A DNA stretch of 64,000 bases, from assembly GCF_009914755.1 (NCBI RefSeq), contig NC_060925.1; one strand, given 5' to 3'. The number at the start of each line of letters is the position of its first letter. Within the stretch, counting starts at the first letter, position 1. Made by a program: the position numbers and the translations under genes. Shown piece by piece: positions 1 to 16,610 of the stretch. The notes beneath the pieces were generated by a model that was given only the letters and a program-made list of their open reading frames with translations, made no database searches and was not told the origin of the DNA. The DNA is from the human T2T-CHM13v2.0 reference genome, Homo sapiens.

Positions 1-1399
1 AGAACAGGGGCTTAAGAAAAAGGAAAAAATATTAAAACAGCCACTGAGAGTCATGTGTGAGGGAATCAGCACACAAGAGAGGAAAGGAGTGTCAAATATT
101 GCAGAGAGGACACACTTGAAAGCAGGGAGCAGAGACCTGCCGTGGCCCAAGGCTACACTGCGCCTGGAAGAGGAAACATGCACAGCTAGGGGTGACTGGA
201 GATGGGGCTTTAGGGAGAGATGATGAGACAGGGCAGACAAGCAGCAGGGTCAGGGATGGCATTGGAGCCAGTGGTCCATTGGGGGTGCCTCTTTCTCCTC
301 AGAAATGTAGACAGGCAGCCTGTGTGTAACGTACCCATTTACCTGGGGAACTGGTTAGAGCCCTCTCTGAGGAGACGCTGTGGCCCTTGGTGTCTCAGAA
401 GTTCCCTCAGAGTTGGCAGGACTCCCTATGAGAAGCCCAAACCATGTAAAAAGGGACTGAGTGAGCAGATGCAGCTATGAAGGGCAACAGAATCAATGAA
501 TGGAAAATAGTTCATTTTTGTCCCATTGATTTTTTTTCTGCTCATTGAGGACACAGCTACACATTGTCATTAAATTCAACACTTTTCAGTGAAATGCATT
601 AATCCTCTTTAAAACTGACGCCTGCATAACCGATTCTTAAAATAAATTATTTATAATGTTCCTCATTCCCCAAAAAGTGAATTTTGTAGGTGGTTGCATA
701 ACCACAGTGGGGTAGACAATCCAAAGGTTTTCCTTTTTTCACATCAAGACAGAGCCTCATTCTTATTTTCTTTGCAACATCAACACTTTTAGCCACATCA
801 TCCCTTGTGAAATTTCCCCTTCCCTTAGCCTCCATACCAGTCTGGGTTTTCTTCTATGTCCTGAAGCCCTTCTCTAAATAGTTCCTTCTCCACGTCCTTT
901 GATTCTCTTCTTTTTCCCTTCCCATCACTCACTGTTCACACTTCAGGCCTCCGGCGGCTGCCAATCTTATCTTGCCCCAAAACACCAGACACACCCTCTT
1001 GGTTCAGAAACAGTAGCTCACCATGGGAAGGATTCATAGAAAGAAGGGCATATTCAAATCTTGAGGGCATATGTATGGTTTTAAAAGCCCCCATCTCAAT
1101 TGATTCTGATGTTCTTCCTTCCCCTGTCCCAAGTTAAGATCCCTCCCCACCTCCCCACCCTGACCCAGCAACCTTGACATTTTGGGCAAATGCTTGTTCA
1201 CACAAAAACCTTTGGCTAGAAGCCTGAATGACCACCTGAAAGGCTGGCTCTTCCCTACTGGACTCCTCATAGGGGTGCAACTTCCAGGCTAGATTCTGAA
1301 GGGGTCAGGAGAGGGTATTCAAACTTTCACATCATTGCCTTTCATGTGAAAGCTGCCCAACTCTCTATTTTCAGGGTTGATCTTTCTCCTAGCACTCCT

Positions 1400-2260
1400 C
1401 CAGTTGCCTAGGGGACCCTTCCACTTGGATGTTCCAACAGTAAATTAAAACTCAAAATGCCTAGTTTGGGATTTTATTACTTGACCTCCAAAATCAGTGC
1501 TACCTAGTGGTTTCTCTGTTTCTATAAATGGCATCATTATTCACTTACTCAGATTTGAAATCTTTAATCGTTTTGGCTTTATTTCCCTCTCATTCTTCCT
1601 GGCTCTCCTTGGCTAACAAATTGAGCCATTTTCTAAGTCCTCCTGTTCCTTCTTTGTCCTGTCTGTTCTTCCTTCCCTTTCCACTCCAATTTGTTCAGCT
1701 AAGGTCATCTGAACCTTCATTGCTTCGCTCCTAGACTGTACAAGTGGGATCTTAAAATTTAACCTCTGTCTCTTTCAATTCCACCTTAAGCTGCACTTCC
1801 AGATTGCTTAAATATCACTTTGTTAGTGTCACTCTTGTACCCCCAAACTTTAAGGGCTCTCTGTTACCAATCACTTATGGACTAAACTCCTTACCTGATA
1901 CACAGAGCCTTTCAGAGTCCGGCCCCAACATATTTCTCCTCACTGATCTCTTGCTCTCCAAGTGCACCTATCTGACCCGGCCAGTCTATGCCCCAGGGCT
2001 TTCCCCAAACACACCCTGCTCCTGACAGTCTCCATGTGGGGCTCATGCTAGTCCATGCCCAGGAATGTCTCCTTTCCTCCTCTCTGCCTCTCTAAGTTCT
2101 ACCCAGCTTTCCAAGCTTGGCTCAAGTCCCAAGTTCCACGATCTCTTCTCTACCTATGCCCTAAAATGAGGGAAGGAAAACTGACATTTGCCTGTTCTCC
2201 TGTTTGGGTTCTACTTATACTTTGTTTCTCAGAACTCCCTCTGAATTTATTGTTCACCCA
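1400..2260 (+). mobile_element. Degraded L2 LINE 3' region fragments
   Basis: Pyrimidine-rich L2-type motifs, e.g. 'ttccacttggatgttccaacag..aaactcaaaatgcc' and 'ttctacccagctttccaagcttggctcaagtccc'. Boundaries approximate. Confidence 0.6.
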
Positions 2261-2780
2261 CTTCTAAGACACTTACTCATACTCTCCATCCTATTGGGTT
2301 TCTGAATATCTTACAATGATTAAAATGTCAGATAAGTTATTTGGAGCTTACAGGATACTTCCACTTATATTATCTTGTTTTATTCTTAAAACCCTGTGTG
2401 GTAGGAATTATTTCCCACATTTTAAGGATAAAAAATCAGTTTTAAAATAGCTATGTCTGGAGCACAAGCTCAAAAATATTTTGCAAAAATAAGTGATGCT
2501 TTTCCCAGATCCCAAGACTCACCAGAATGTAAAGACTGGGGCAGAAAAGGAGTTACAGCATCTTCTGGCCTCCACACTGCAGGGATCCTAACACATGATA
2601 GCAAGAGCACTGACTGAAGCAGGAAACAGAAGGAGGGGGTCCAATCTTGATGCTGCCTTTTGTTAGTCCTATGACTTGGTAAATTCCCTCTGTGGGTTGG
2701 GAAAGCTACAGCTAAGATGCAAGGAACAGCCAGTGAAAAAGAAGGTAGATCCACTAATATTTTTTAAAAATCTTTTTTTT

Positions 2781-4990
<2,210 letters not shown>

Positions 4991-5129
4991 TTCACATGTA
5001 TAAAAATGTAAAGATTGGGTAGTGAGGAAATTGAGTCCCAAAATGTGGGTTTTCAAGGCTTCATACATCTTCAGGTTATCTGATCATCGGGTTGGCTGAA
5101 CAAAATAATAACCTAAAAAGTTCCAGTTT

Positions 5130-5430
5130 TGTTAGTTCATTTGTTCAGGAACTATTTAGAACTACTATGTCCCAAGCACATAGTAGGGATGTCACAGTAC
5201 ACAAAACAAAGATTCTGCCCTCACGGAACTTAGCTTCTGGGGAAGGAATCACCTGGTCCTCACACAAATAACCTCACATAAAATGTCAGGTGATATCAAC
5301 TGCTAAGAAGAAACATTAAGGCCTATTGGGAGCATAGAGAGTTCCTAGATGTGAAGAATGTTGATCTTTCATGTGATGTAGCCAATGTGAGCTAGAGAAG
5401 TGACATTGAGTAGACTTGGAGGAAGTGAAG
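5130..5430 (-). mobile_element. L2 3' end fragment
   Basis: 'ttcatttgttcaggaactatttagaactactatgtcccaagcac...gattctgccctcacggaacttagcttctgggga' matches the reverse-strand L2 tail. Confidence 0.6.
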
Positions 5431-6457
5431 TGTGATCTCAAATCAGCATTCTTCAGCTGTCTGCCCTGTCTTGGTTGGAAATGGTTCCAATTTGGTCATT
5501 TCTGGTCAGATTTGACTGCAGGAGGGTGGTTCTCAAATGCGGTGTGGCTGGTTTCCATCAAAGAGTCAACTTAAGGAACCCTCAGCCACCCCTGAACTCT
5601 CCATCTTGTTTGTCCTGCTCCCATCTGGTGCAGAAATAGCAAAATGGGACCCTTGCCCTTGGGTGAACCAAGTCCTCTGATCCCTTTCTGTAGCTCTCTC
5701 TGATACACCATGAGCACATCAACGATGGAGGAAGAGAACAGAAAAAAGGGAGGTGGGGCAGGGATAGAGGGTCAACCCTGCTGTGATTGGCTGGAGCATC
5801 TCTAGAGCCAGCCTCGCTTGGCACCTACAAACACCAAACTCCAAAGTACAAACAATGCTTCTCTAAGCAAGCTGGGCATGAGAAAGGAAAATGTGGTCAA
5901 CCTCCAGATAGGAATCCTTATAACAGTTCAGCTCAGATGCAAGAAAGTCCAATCTGATAGGTTTAAGATTTCTTCCAGCAAAATTGTCCTTTAACACTTA
6001 GGAAATGCTGCGGAAATGCTGCCCTTTCTCCATTCTGAATATTTATTATCCCTAGCCTCTTACCCCCCATTCAAGGCGGCAGACTCATGATAACAAGCAA
6101 AAGGGAGTTTCATGTTGTTTTCAGTTTAATTTTCATGATATCTGGCCTTTTCCCTTTCTTCTTCCTTTCCTTCTCTTTCTCTCTCTCTTTTTTTTCTGCT
6201 TTTGCATTTACTCAGACTCATAGAGAATATATCAGTTGTCTGCATCTCAGTCAGAACTTGTTGTATACTCAAATCTGAAAGTAGAAACATTAATGATAAA
6301 AAGAGGATAGGAGACAAATAAGAAAAAGGAAGTAGCAGGAGTCAGTGGAGAGGAAAAGTCACAATTGTAGAAGAAAAGGCTCCAAATAGAGTAATAATTG
6401 ACAGTGTGATAACCCCTCAATTCTCCCAAAGCCACAGCCTCAGGCACATACAGCACT

Positions 6458-6841
6458 TGTATTAGTTTGTGAGGACCGCCATAACATAGTGCCGCAGAGT
6501 GGAGGGCCGAGACAGCAGAAATGTATTTCTCACAGTTCCGGAGGCTGGAAGTGTGAGATGAGAGTATCATCAGGGTTGGTTTCTCCTGAGGCCTCTCCTG
6601 GGTTTGCAGATGGCCGTGTCCTCCCTGTGTCTTCACACGGTTGTCCCACTGTGTGTACTTGTATTCAAATTTTCCTCTTCTTATGAGAACATCAGTCATA
6701 CTGAATTAGGGTCCATGCTAATGACCTCATTTTAACTTCATTATTTCTTTAAAGACCCTGTCTGAAAATACATTCACCTTCTGAGGTACAGAGGGTCAGA
6801 ACTTAAACCTGTATTTTTTGGAGGGAATTCAGCCCATAGCA
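6458..6841 (-). mobile_element. MaLR solo LTR (MLT1B-like)
   Basis: Begins tgtattagttt and ends ttcagcccatagca. Matches the reverse complement of the MLT1A/B consensus. 5-bp TSD gcact/gccct. Confidence 0.88.
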
Positions 6842-8036
6842 GCCCTGAAGCTTCAGGATCAGTGAACACCTCAGTCCTCGCTGTCCTTTTCCTTCTTTTT
6901 TGCTGGTCTATTTATTTTGGAATCAAGGAGTAACAAAGAGGGTGGGCAGGGCCAGCGATATGGCAGAGGCTGTCTCCACAACAGCTGTGACTTGGGTGCC
7001 ATGTCAGCAATCCTTCCCGCTCAGGACAGGCCCTAAGAATAGGCACCATGTGGCACCTGCCTCAGGCCCAGTCCAGCGGGGAAGCTGCCTGTGACCCCTG
7101 GAACCAGGGACCAAAATCTCTGTCTATTGAAGGCTGACAGGAATTGGTTTCCTCAGTGATGAGCCACTAGAGAAATAAAAGTTTCCTCTTTTCCAAGGAG
7201 TAGTCACTAGTCTACCAACAGAAGTCAAGTCCTAACCATCGCCAAACTCCTTCCCCCGACATCCATCTTCCCTGCTCCCAAGACCTGAACATGCTGCTCT
7301 TCTTTTCCTCCATTACAACTTTGCCATTTTCTTTTTCCATTTCTTTCTTTTCCACAACATCTGAACGTTAGTGAGAGAGAGAGAGAGCACCCTTCCCAAA
7401 GGATCCTGGAGCCCTGTCCTCAGAGGTGAGGACACGTTCTGCGTTCCATCAGTCATCACCTTCCCCTTAATGCAGAATTCTAGGAAGTTCTCAAGCCCTG
7501 TTCTAAAACTCTGCCTCACTCCCTGACCTCCTGCATATATTTCCCTGCAGAAGTGAGGTTGGCAATCACTAGGGATCTCTAACTTTCTAATTTTTGTAAC
7601 CCAATGAACAAACCCCCTTCCAATCCTTTGCAATTGGGTGCAGTCCTGGATTAAAGGGTCAAAGGTAGGACTTTTCTCTCATTCTTTTCTCTTAGACTCC
7701 TCCAGCTTTGCAGGAAAGGCAGCTTGAGCAGCGCCCCCATGCCTGAAAGACACAGCTATGCAACACCATTCTCGGGCAACACAAGGAGGCCCTGGGCTAG
7801 AGTGTGTGGTATGGTGCTGATAAGATGGATTCTGAGAGTGTTGCGCAGAGTTGTCATATGATGACAGAGCTTTAACGATGATGCAGACACAGCCCTTCGG
7901 GTGCTCTAGCTCATCAATGACACATGTGAAACCTATTGATACTGCTGGACCGTGCAGGAGTCTCTGCTGTGTCCTCTTTCCCCACCCCACCCCTGCTTCT
8001 CAGGAATCAGGGAGAGATGGGCTGCCTACAGGGAGG

Positions 8037-8459
8037 TGTCAACCATCCCACAGAGCCCATCAGATAGACATGCCCAAGGAGCAAAATAGAGTTCATTAAA
8101 CTCACTGCAGCAAAGGGAAACACCGTCTTGTCAGAGTCTTAGTGCTGCTTCAAAAAGAGGACAGTAAGGAAGGCTATTTTTAGTGTTTTGACCCGGGACT
8201 CAAATAGTTTTAGGTGGATTTTTTAAGGTAAGGACCTAGTTGGAATTGGACAAAGTTCCTGACATAGTAAAGTTTAGTGGACACAGCAAAGAAAGGGTCT
8301 TGATATGCCAACTCTTGTTTAATACGCAAGTTATTTCTTTAGGCAAGCAAATTGTCTTTCTGATAAGGGAGCTATTTGTCCATATAAGAAAACTGTTTGT
8401 CTGAATAAATTGGTTGGCAAACAGTAAGATTACATTGTCCACAGCTGTCTCAATTCTCA
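8037..8459 (-). mobile_element. ERV1-class LTR (MER110/MER90-like); probable 3' LTR of the provirus at 8037-13900
   Basis: Minus strand starts TG directly after the PPT-like AAGTGGGGAC and ends '...ctaagactctgacaagacggtgtttccctttgctgcagtgagtttaatgaactc...gttgaca'. Confidence 0.6.
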
Positions 8460-8621
8460 GTCCCCACTTGTGGCCAGTCTCCAGCCTGAGCTAGAGAATA
8501 AATCATTACCTTCTGGGGTTGCAATTAATCCACATCTGCACTGATGTTTGAGGTGTCATGATCATGTATCAGTTTCTAACTGTAGTTGTTTCTACCTCTA
8601 TAAATGTCAGGTTTTCCTGTT

Positions 8622-9578
<957 letters not shown>

Positions 9579-9855
9579 CTGTTCTTATTGCCCACTCATG
9601 ATTTGTTGGCTCTTGATCAAATGACAACTGCACACTAGCATGTGAGCACTGCAGTAAGGCAAATACTGAGAGAGGGAATACGGTTAGAGTCTGTAGTCCT
9701 TTTCTAAGCTATGAGCCTAGTATGTCCTAGAGAAAAAAAAAAAAATCTCATCCCAGTGAGAACAGCCTGCAGAACCATATAGGAAGGTGTTAGTTAAATT
9801 ACGTAATTTCCTGATATCTTCATTGGTTTCCCAGATCTGCAGAAATCTAAGTACA

Positions 9856-9975
9856 GGCCAGGTGCAGTGGCTCACACCTGTAGCACTTTTGGAGGCAGGG
9901 GATCCTTTGAGCCCAGGAGTTTGAGACCAGCCTGAACCACAAAGTGAGACTCTATCACAATTTTAAAAAATTAAA
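9856..9975 (+). mobile_element. Free left Alu monomer (FLAM)
   Basis: Single left arm with A-rich tail. TSD-like aagtaca on both sides. Confidence 0.85.
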
Positions 9976-10261
9976 ATTCAAGTACAGCATTCTCTGCCTA
10001 AGAAAATACATGTTCCACCTTGAAAGGCCTACATTACATCTCTAGGTCTGCACTATTTTGAATCACCATCTGCCCAATCTTATAAACTTCCCTAGTCAGT
10101 TCTGTAGACTTAGTAGCATTGTATAATTCTGTCAATGACTAAGGCATTACAAACTCAGATTTTCAGACTTTCAGGTTTTTATTTCAGCCATGAAATAAAG
10201 AGGCTTGAAGAGGAAGAAAGTAGTTCTGAATTCTCCTTAATAATCAAGATTTGTGGTATCA

Positions 10262-10604
<343 letters not shown>

Positions 10605-12975
10605 CTAAAATCTCTTCTTCTGAGAGGAGAAATGAATGGGCCAATGCAAATTCTGGGTGATATCAAAGACTATTTGATAGCAGGAATCCATTTTTTAAGA
10701 TAACAAATCCCTGACTGGTTTGTGACTTGTAGGTTTTTGGAACACAAATCCAATTCCAGTGATTGGGAATGTCCCAATGATCAGGAGTCAGACAAAATCT
10801 CTACAAAGTTGTCAAGTAGTATTATCTGGTTTTGGCACTCCTTAACAGAAGTGGTTTGGCACTAGCCAGTGAGATTTGTAGAACAGAGATCACTAGGCAG
10901 ATTTAGAGCAAAAGTGCATAAAGCTGGTCTAGGTAGTGATGAGGTCTATCAAAGTGAGGCACCTCCCAGATGTTCATAGTCCCATGGCCCAGATGTTTCA
11001 GAGTTGCTTTCCAAGTTCTATCTATGGGAACACTTAGTTAGAAAGACTAGTTCCTATAGAAGTTCCCCAGGTGTTTTTAGGTGGAAATAGAAAACTTCCA
11101 TTCTAGGTATGACACAATAGCAAATTTTATATTTTCAGCTTTTAGGCCTTTTTTGGTGTTTGCCATCTAAAAACTCACCAAGTGGTTGAGAAAACCAACT
11201 GATTCATGGCTGTTATTGAAGAGAGCTGGATGCTGACAAAAAACTTAAGTATAAAGCCAACCCATTGTTATTGTGTATTTTAGCCAAATTGTGAGCAATC
11301 CATAGCAAGATATTGGACTTTTGCCAAGGAGTGACTAGAGATGCAAAGACCAGTAATAAGAAGAGGGTCCTTACAGATACTGCAGTTAAGGGTCGACAAG
11401 TGTTTGCTAGAAGATTTTTAAACTAGCAGAGAGAAAAAAAAACTAGCTAATAAAATACAGGACAAGATATATAAAATAAAGCATGACAATCTATGGCTCT
11501 GAAAATCTGGATTTTGTTTTGTGGGTCTTGGGTGGAAGTTTGCAGAACCAAATTACTCAGTTGTCTACTTGATCCAGGTATTGGGTAGGAGCTATCTCCT
11601 CCTTTCTGAAGATTATCAGAATCCTCAGCTAAGGTCTCCAGCAGGGACAGTGATCTGAGGGTGGCTTGCGTCTCTTTATGTCAGAGGCAAAAATCCAAGG
11701 ATCAACCCCTTGGCGTTTTACTGCTGTGTTCTTTATTTCTTAACAGTATCTAAGGTTATTTTCATTGGTGTTTGAAGTCTGTCTTTCTCTGATGTCTCTT
11801 TCAGAAAACCATGTTCCCAGGGTTTAGATCATAAAAGGATTGTTTAGGAGGATGTTGAGGGAGGCCGCCCATACCTGTTGATGCTAAAATTGGGTGCAAT
11901 ACATGAGTCTCTTGCAGTATTTGGCCATGTTTTCTTGAAAAAGAGCAGAGTCTGAGATCAGAAGTGGTATTTCTAGACACAGGAATCAGCTTTTAGCTAA
12001 CGTATAAAGGAGCACTGAGGAACCCCAGGGTTTGATCTTATTGTCGTTAAAACCAGTAGCAATAACTTAGTCCAGGGAAGTTCAAGAGGTCTCTAAGAGT
12101 TCTGCTAATCTTAGTTCAGAGTTCCATTTTTTTTTTTAATTTTCCAAAGATTGGGGGTAATACGGATAGTAAAGTCTCTGGGCAGGTAAAAAGGCTTCAC
12201 AAAGCTCTTTAATGACAGTCCCAGTAAATGAGTGTCCCTTTCACTAGAGAAATAAATTAGAATTTCCCAGAATGGGAATGCAAAATCAGGCAATTTTTTT
12301 CCCTGCCTTCAGAGCCATAATTCTTTGGCAAGGAAAAGCATCGGTTCCTCCTGAGAAGATTCAAACAATGGTCATATTCAAAACCATTGTGAAGGATAAT
12401 ATGAAATTCTTTCGGAGATGTTCAAAGGGAACCTGAAGCTTAGGACTTATGTGCTTATTATTTTTTCCTTCAGTTTCTTAGCTAGCAGAGGACAATTGTT
12501 TGTCCCATGTCCTTTTTGCTTATAATATCTATGGACATCTAAAATAAGAGGCTCCTTTACCTGATTTTATTGACTAGAGAGGAAGTATTGAGTTGTTTTA
12601 TCTTTAAGGCATTAGCTTCATTCTGCTTTTGTCCTAAGCTCCTTGAAAATGTTCGGCAAGGCGTTGGAGATATGGCTATGGAGCTCTTTCCCTTTTCAGT
12701 CTTTGCTTACATATCAGATTTCCTATTTCTGGCTCAAGATCATTCACAAAGATGAGGAGGAAGCCAAAGTTACATCTGTATCAGGATCTACTCCTGAATG
12801 CAGTCTAAAGGTTTTAAAGACTATCTCTGCAGTCTCCAATGGATTCACTCTTTCTTTGCTTACAGGACCAAATTAGAGTCCAATCTATTTTCTCATGATA
12901 AACTTTGGGGATATACTCCAAAATAACTTGTTCACTATCTAGAGCTATTGTAACCTTCTTTGTGTTCCTATGTAA

Positions 12976-13351
<376 letters not shown>

Positions 13352-13392
13352 TCCATCCAAAGTTTTTGTGTCAGGGGTCCATCTGAGGTTTT

Positions 13393-13700
13393 GTGTCAGG
13401 GGTCCCCAAGACCACCTTGAGGCTCAACAGGTAACTAGAAAAACTCACAGGACTGAGAAAACCAGTTATATTCACTCTTCCAGTTTATTACAGCAAAAGG
13501 TTACAGATTAAAAATCAGTAAAAGGAAAACGTTCACGGGATGAAGTCCAAGAGAAACCAGGCACAAGCTTCCAGCTGTCCTCTCCCAGAAGAACCACAGG
13601 AGGGCCAGTTTAATTCTCCCAGCAACAATGAGTGACAACACAGCGTGAAGTGTTGCCAATCAGGGAAGCTCACCTGAGACTTAGCGTTATAATTGAAGGT
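13393..13700 (-). mobile_element. MER21-like LTR fragment inserted in the ERV gag
   Basis: 'tgtgtcaggggtccccaagaccacc...ctcacaggact...tttattacagcaaaagg...gaaaccaggcacaagcttcc' matches the reverse-strand MER21 end. Confidence 0.8.
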
Positions 13701-15589
13701 CAGTTCTTTCTATTGTATCTGAGCTTTAGAAAATACTTAACAAATTCTTTTAGCTCAGTCTGATATAAGATCTTAAAGGCAATCATGGAGATTTTGCCCT
13801 GTGTTGAAGGGGTTTAACTTTAAAAGGCAATTGAGTTTAGGGTGTTTCTCCCATCTCAATTAAAATGACCTTTCTGTCTCTAAGGCCAGAAATGAGGACT
13901 AGTCCCAGACTTCTCCCTTTCCTCAACTCCCATAGTCAATAAGTTTTTAGGAACTGCTTCCATTTCCTGTGACAATGTTGTTCTGTTTATGAAGCAGTTT
14001 AATGTGAGTATTGGGGGAAGGGAGGAGTGTGTTTCTGGGTGTTAAGATAACATAATAAGCAGATGCCACACAAGAAGAAGGAAGTAGCACATTGCCTAGT
14101 ATGCATTTAAACAGGCATTTATTGATTACATGAGATTTTTACAGAAATATGTTTTTACAGAAGTGCCAGTTTCATTTGGTGAAGCTGACTGGTTCATAAA
14201 GAGATCCAAAGAACACTTGGGTGCCTTTTATGTCTTTTTACTGAGATTTTGTGTGTCTCCATTCGTTAATAATAGCAGAGCAGAGAAATTCTGGCACATT
14301 TTATCATTATGCAAATAAATGAACTGGCTTTTCAATAACTTTCTTAAGATAAATTGCTAATTTCCATTAAAAAAGAAAAGCCAGAACTCCTTTATAGAAT
14401 GACCTTCGTCCCAAGCTGTTTTGCAAAAACAAGTCTTTTCAAAAGCCCATTTCTAGAACGTACATTTTCTCTGGTAGGCGTTTCAAAAGGCAGCACAATG
14501 CGTGCACACACACACCAAATAAATAAATAGTTCCTAAAGCCACGGTAAAATATCCTCAGGCTTTCCTCCGATTAGTGGTGCTAAATTCAGGGAGGATATG
14601 AAATTTCTCTTCATAGAGTTCCCTCTAACAGTTGTAATCTTTAGACCAGCCTCATATTGATCATTCTACCTCTTGTGCTACTCAAGCCCATTGCACCTCT
14701 TGCCATCTACCCACTCTCTTATTCCCACTTCAAATTGTATCTTTCAGCACCACGGAACTGCTCCTGTGACTCTTTCAAAATTCCTCATGGTGAATCCAAA
14801 AGACAGTTTCTTGGTACCACGGATAAATAAGGTACAGGGCGAACAGCAGCAGACCGATCCTTACTGTGTTCCAACAGATCAGCGCAGCTCTCACCAACTA
14901 AGCAGTGAGCCTTACCCATCCCTCAATTGAAAAGTTCAGAAAATAACTCCTTGTATTATTGCCTTGGGCCAATGTGGATACTAACAAACAGATAGCCCTC
15001 TACATTCCTGCAACATTCTTCCAATAAAACCTTTCAACCTGCATCCTCACCTTTCTATGAGAAAAATGGCAAGAGATCCATAAGCCTCCCTCTTCATACA
15101 CAAGAACAACAGCTTGGCTGAATCAGGAAGGCGTGAATCCCATCAGTGCCCCATATGCCAGACACTCTATCCTGTCCTCCAGGAAAATCCAGAGCAACAA
15201 CTTCTCAGGACACCAGCAACCCCTTCTCAAGCATGGGTTTTCCTCAGTGCCCCATCCCCCAACTTTTTCAGAAAAGGTCCATAAATCAAATGACCAATAT
15301 TGACACAGCGCACTGGGCTTACTGGGAGGCATTTGGAGCCAGAGACAACAGGCCTAGGGCTCTGGCTGTCTCATACCCCAAGGAAATCAATACTTCAGAC
15401 ACACCTGTTTGGAAGCTCCGCTGGAATGGCCTCCTCATGACTTTTACCTTAGTCTGAGTGGTTTATTTAGGAATATTTCCAGGTAAGGAACTAGCAAGTG
15501 GCAACCTGAAGATGAACCCTAGGTCATGGGGTGAAATATCTGAAACTCTTGTCCTTAGAAAGAATTACTAAAACCAATTCCTGTCAATT

Positions 15590-15760
15590 ATTGAGCACTG
15601 ATGGAAGGCACTCTGTATGCATTATGTAATTAGGTATATGCAACACCATGAGATAGCTATCATTATCCCCATCTCACAAACAAGACAACTCAAGCTGAAA
15701 GCCATGGCAAAGGATCAAGCCCAAGCCAGGTCCATCTCTCACCCCAGAGATAGAGCCTGG
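15590..15760 (-). mobile_element. MIR fragment
   Basis: 'caacaccatgagatagctatcattatccccatctcacaaacaagacaactcaagct' MIR core. Confidence 0.6.
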
Positions 15761-16128
15761 CCTTCTCCCCCTTGACACAACTCCTACTAGGCCACAAGCT
15801 GAGAGTCCTTCACTTACTATGAACTGACCCCATCTGGCAGACCAAACACACTTACCTATGGTTTCCTGGTTGGGAAAACTAGAACCTTTTTGTGAAGCAG
15901 TGAAAACAGAAATAGTTTCTAGGTTAGGGCTTTTCTGATAGATTTGGCAGAGTAAGGGATGAAGAAAGGTTTGTAAAGGGAAGTTCCATTTTCTTGGTCT
16001 CTCTCAGGCCAACAATAACACATTTTGTCTTATTTTATTTTGAGGCTGAAAAGAATTCTATAAGGACAGACAGGGAAGAATATGCCTTAGACTGTCTTCA
16101 TATAATTCCCATATTTAATGCATAAATC

Positions 16129-16320
16129 CAGTAGTATGTTAACAAATATTTTAAAACTGGCACTCTGGAGTATGGGTATGGGGCTTACTTATTGCATTTA
16201 CTAATTTCCCTACTATAAATACTCCTATAATGCTTTATTCAAGCTACTGATATGCAGTATTGTGAAAATTTAACAGTAGGGTCCCATGAGCCCATGCCAA
16301 CAGGTTCCAGTACACCACTG
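16129..16320 (-). mobile_element. hAT MITE (MER63A-like)
   Basis: TIRs cagtagtatgtt.../...ccagtacaccactg. Degenerate 8-bp TSD cataaatc/cttaaatt. Confidence 0.75.
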
Positions 16321-16610
16321 CTTAAATTCATCATAGAGGAAGAACAGTTAGGAATTCCCCAGAAATTGACCCCAACCAAAGACCCTCTTATGGTTTGAAG
16401 CATTTTCCTCCTGTTAAATATAAACACCTCTAAGAGGAGCAGCATATTATCACTAATTGTCATTTTATGATAGTGGTTACCAACCTGTCCTAAGGCTACT
16501 GGCCACGCAAGAGGGTTGGGAAAAGAGGCATTAAGTGACCCCAGGGACCCCGGCTTTGTCCATAGCATGGACATTGTTTGAAGGCTGAATAAGAAATACA
16601 TATGTCTTTC

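Noticed and set aside
13393-13700. MER21-like LTR as the 5' LTR of the provirus
   Set aside because: Gag-like sequence continues on both sides, and it does not resemble the LTR at 8037-8459.
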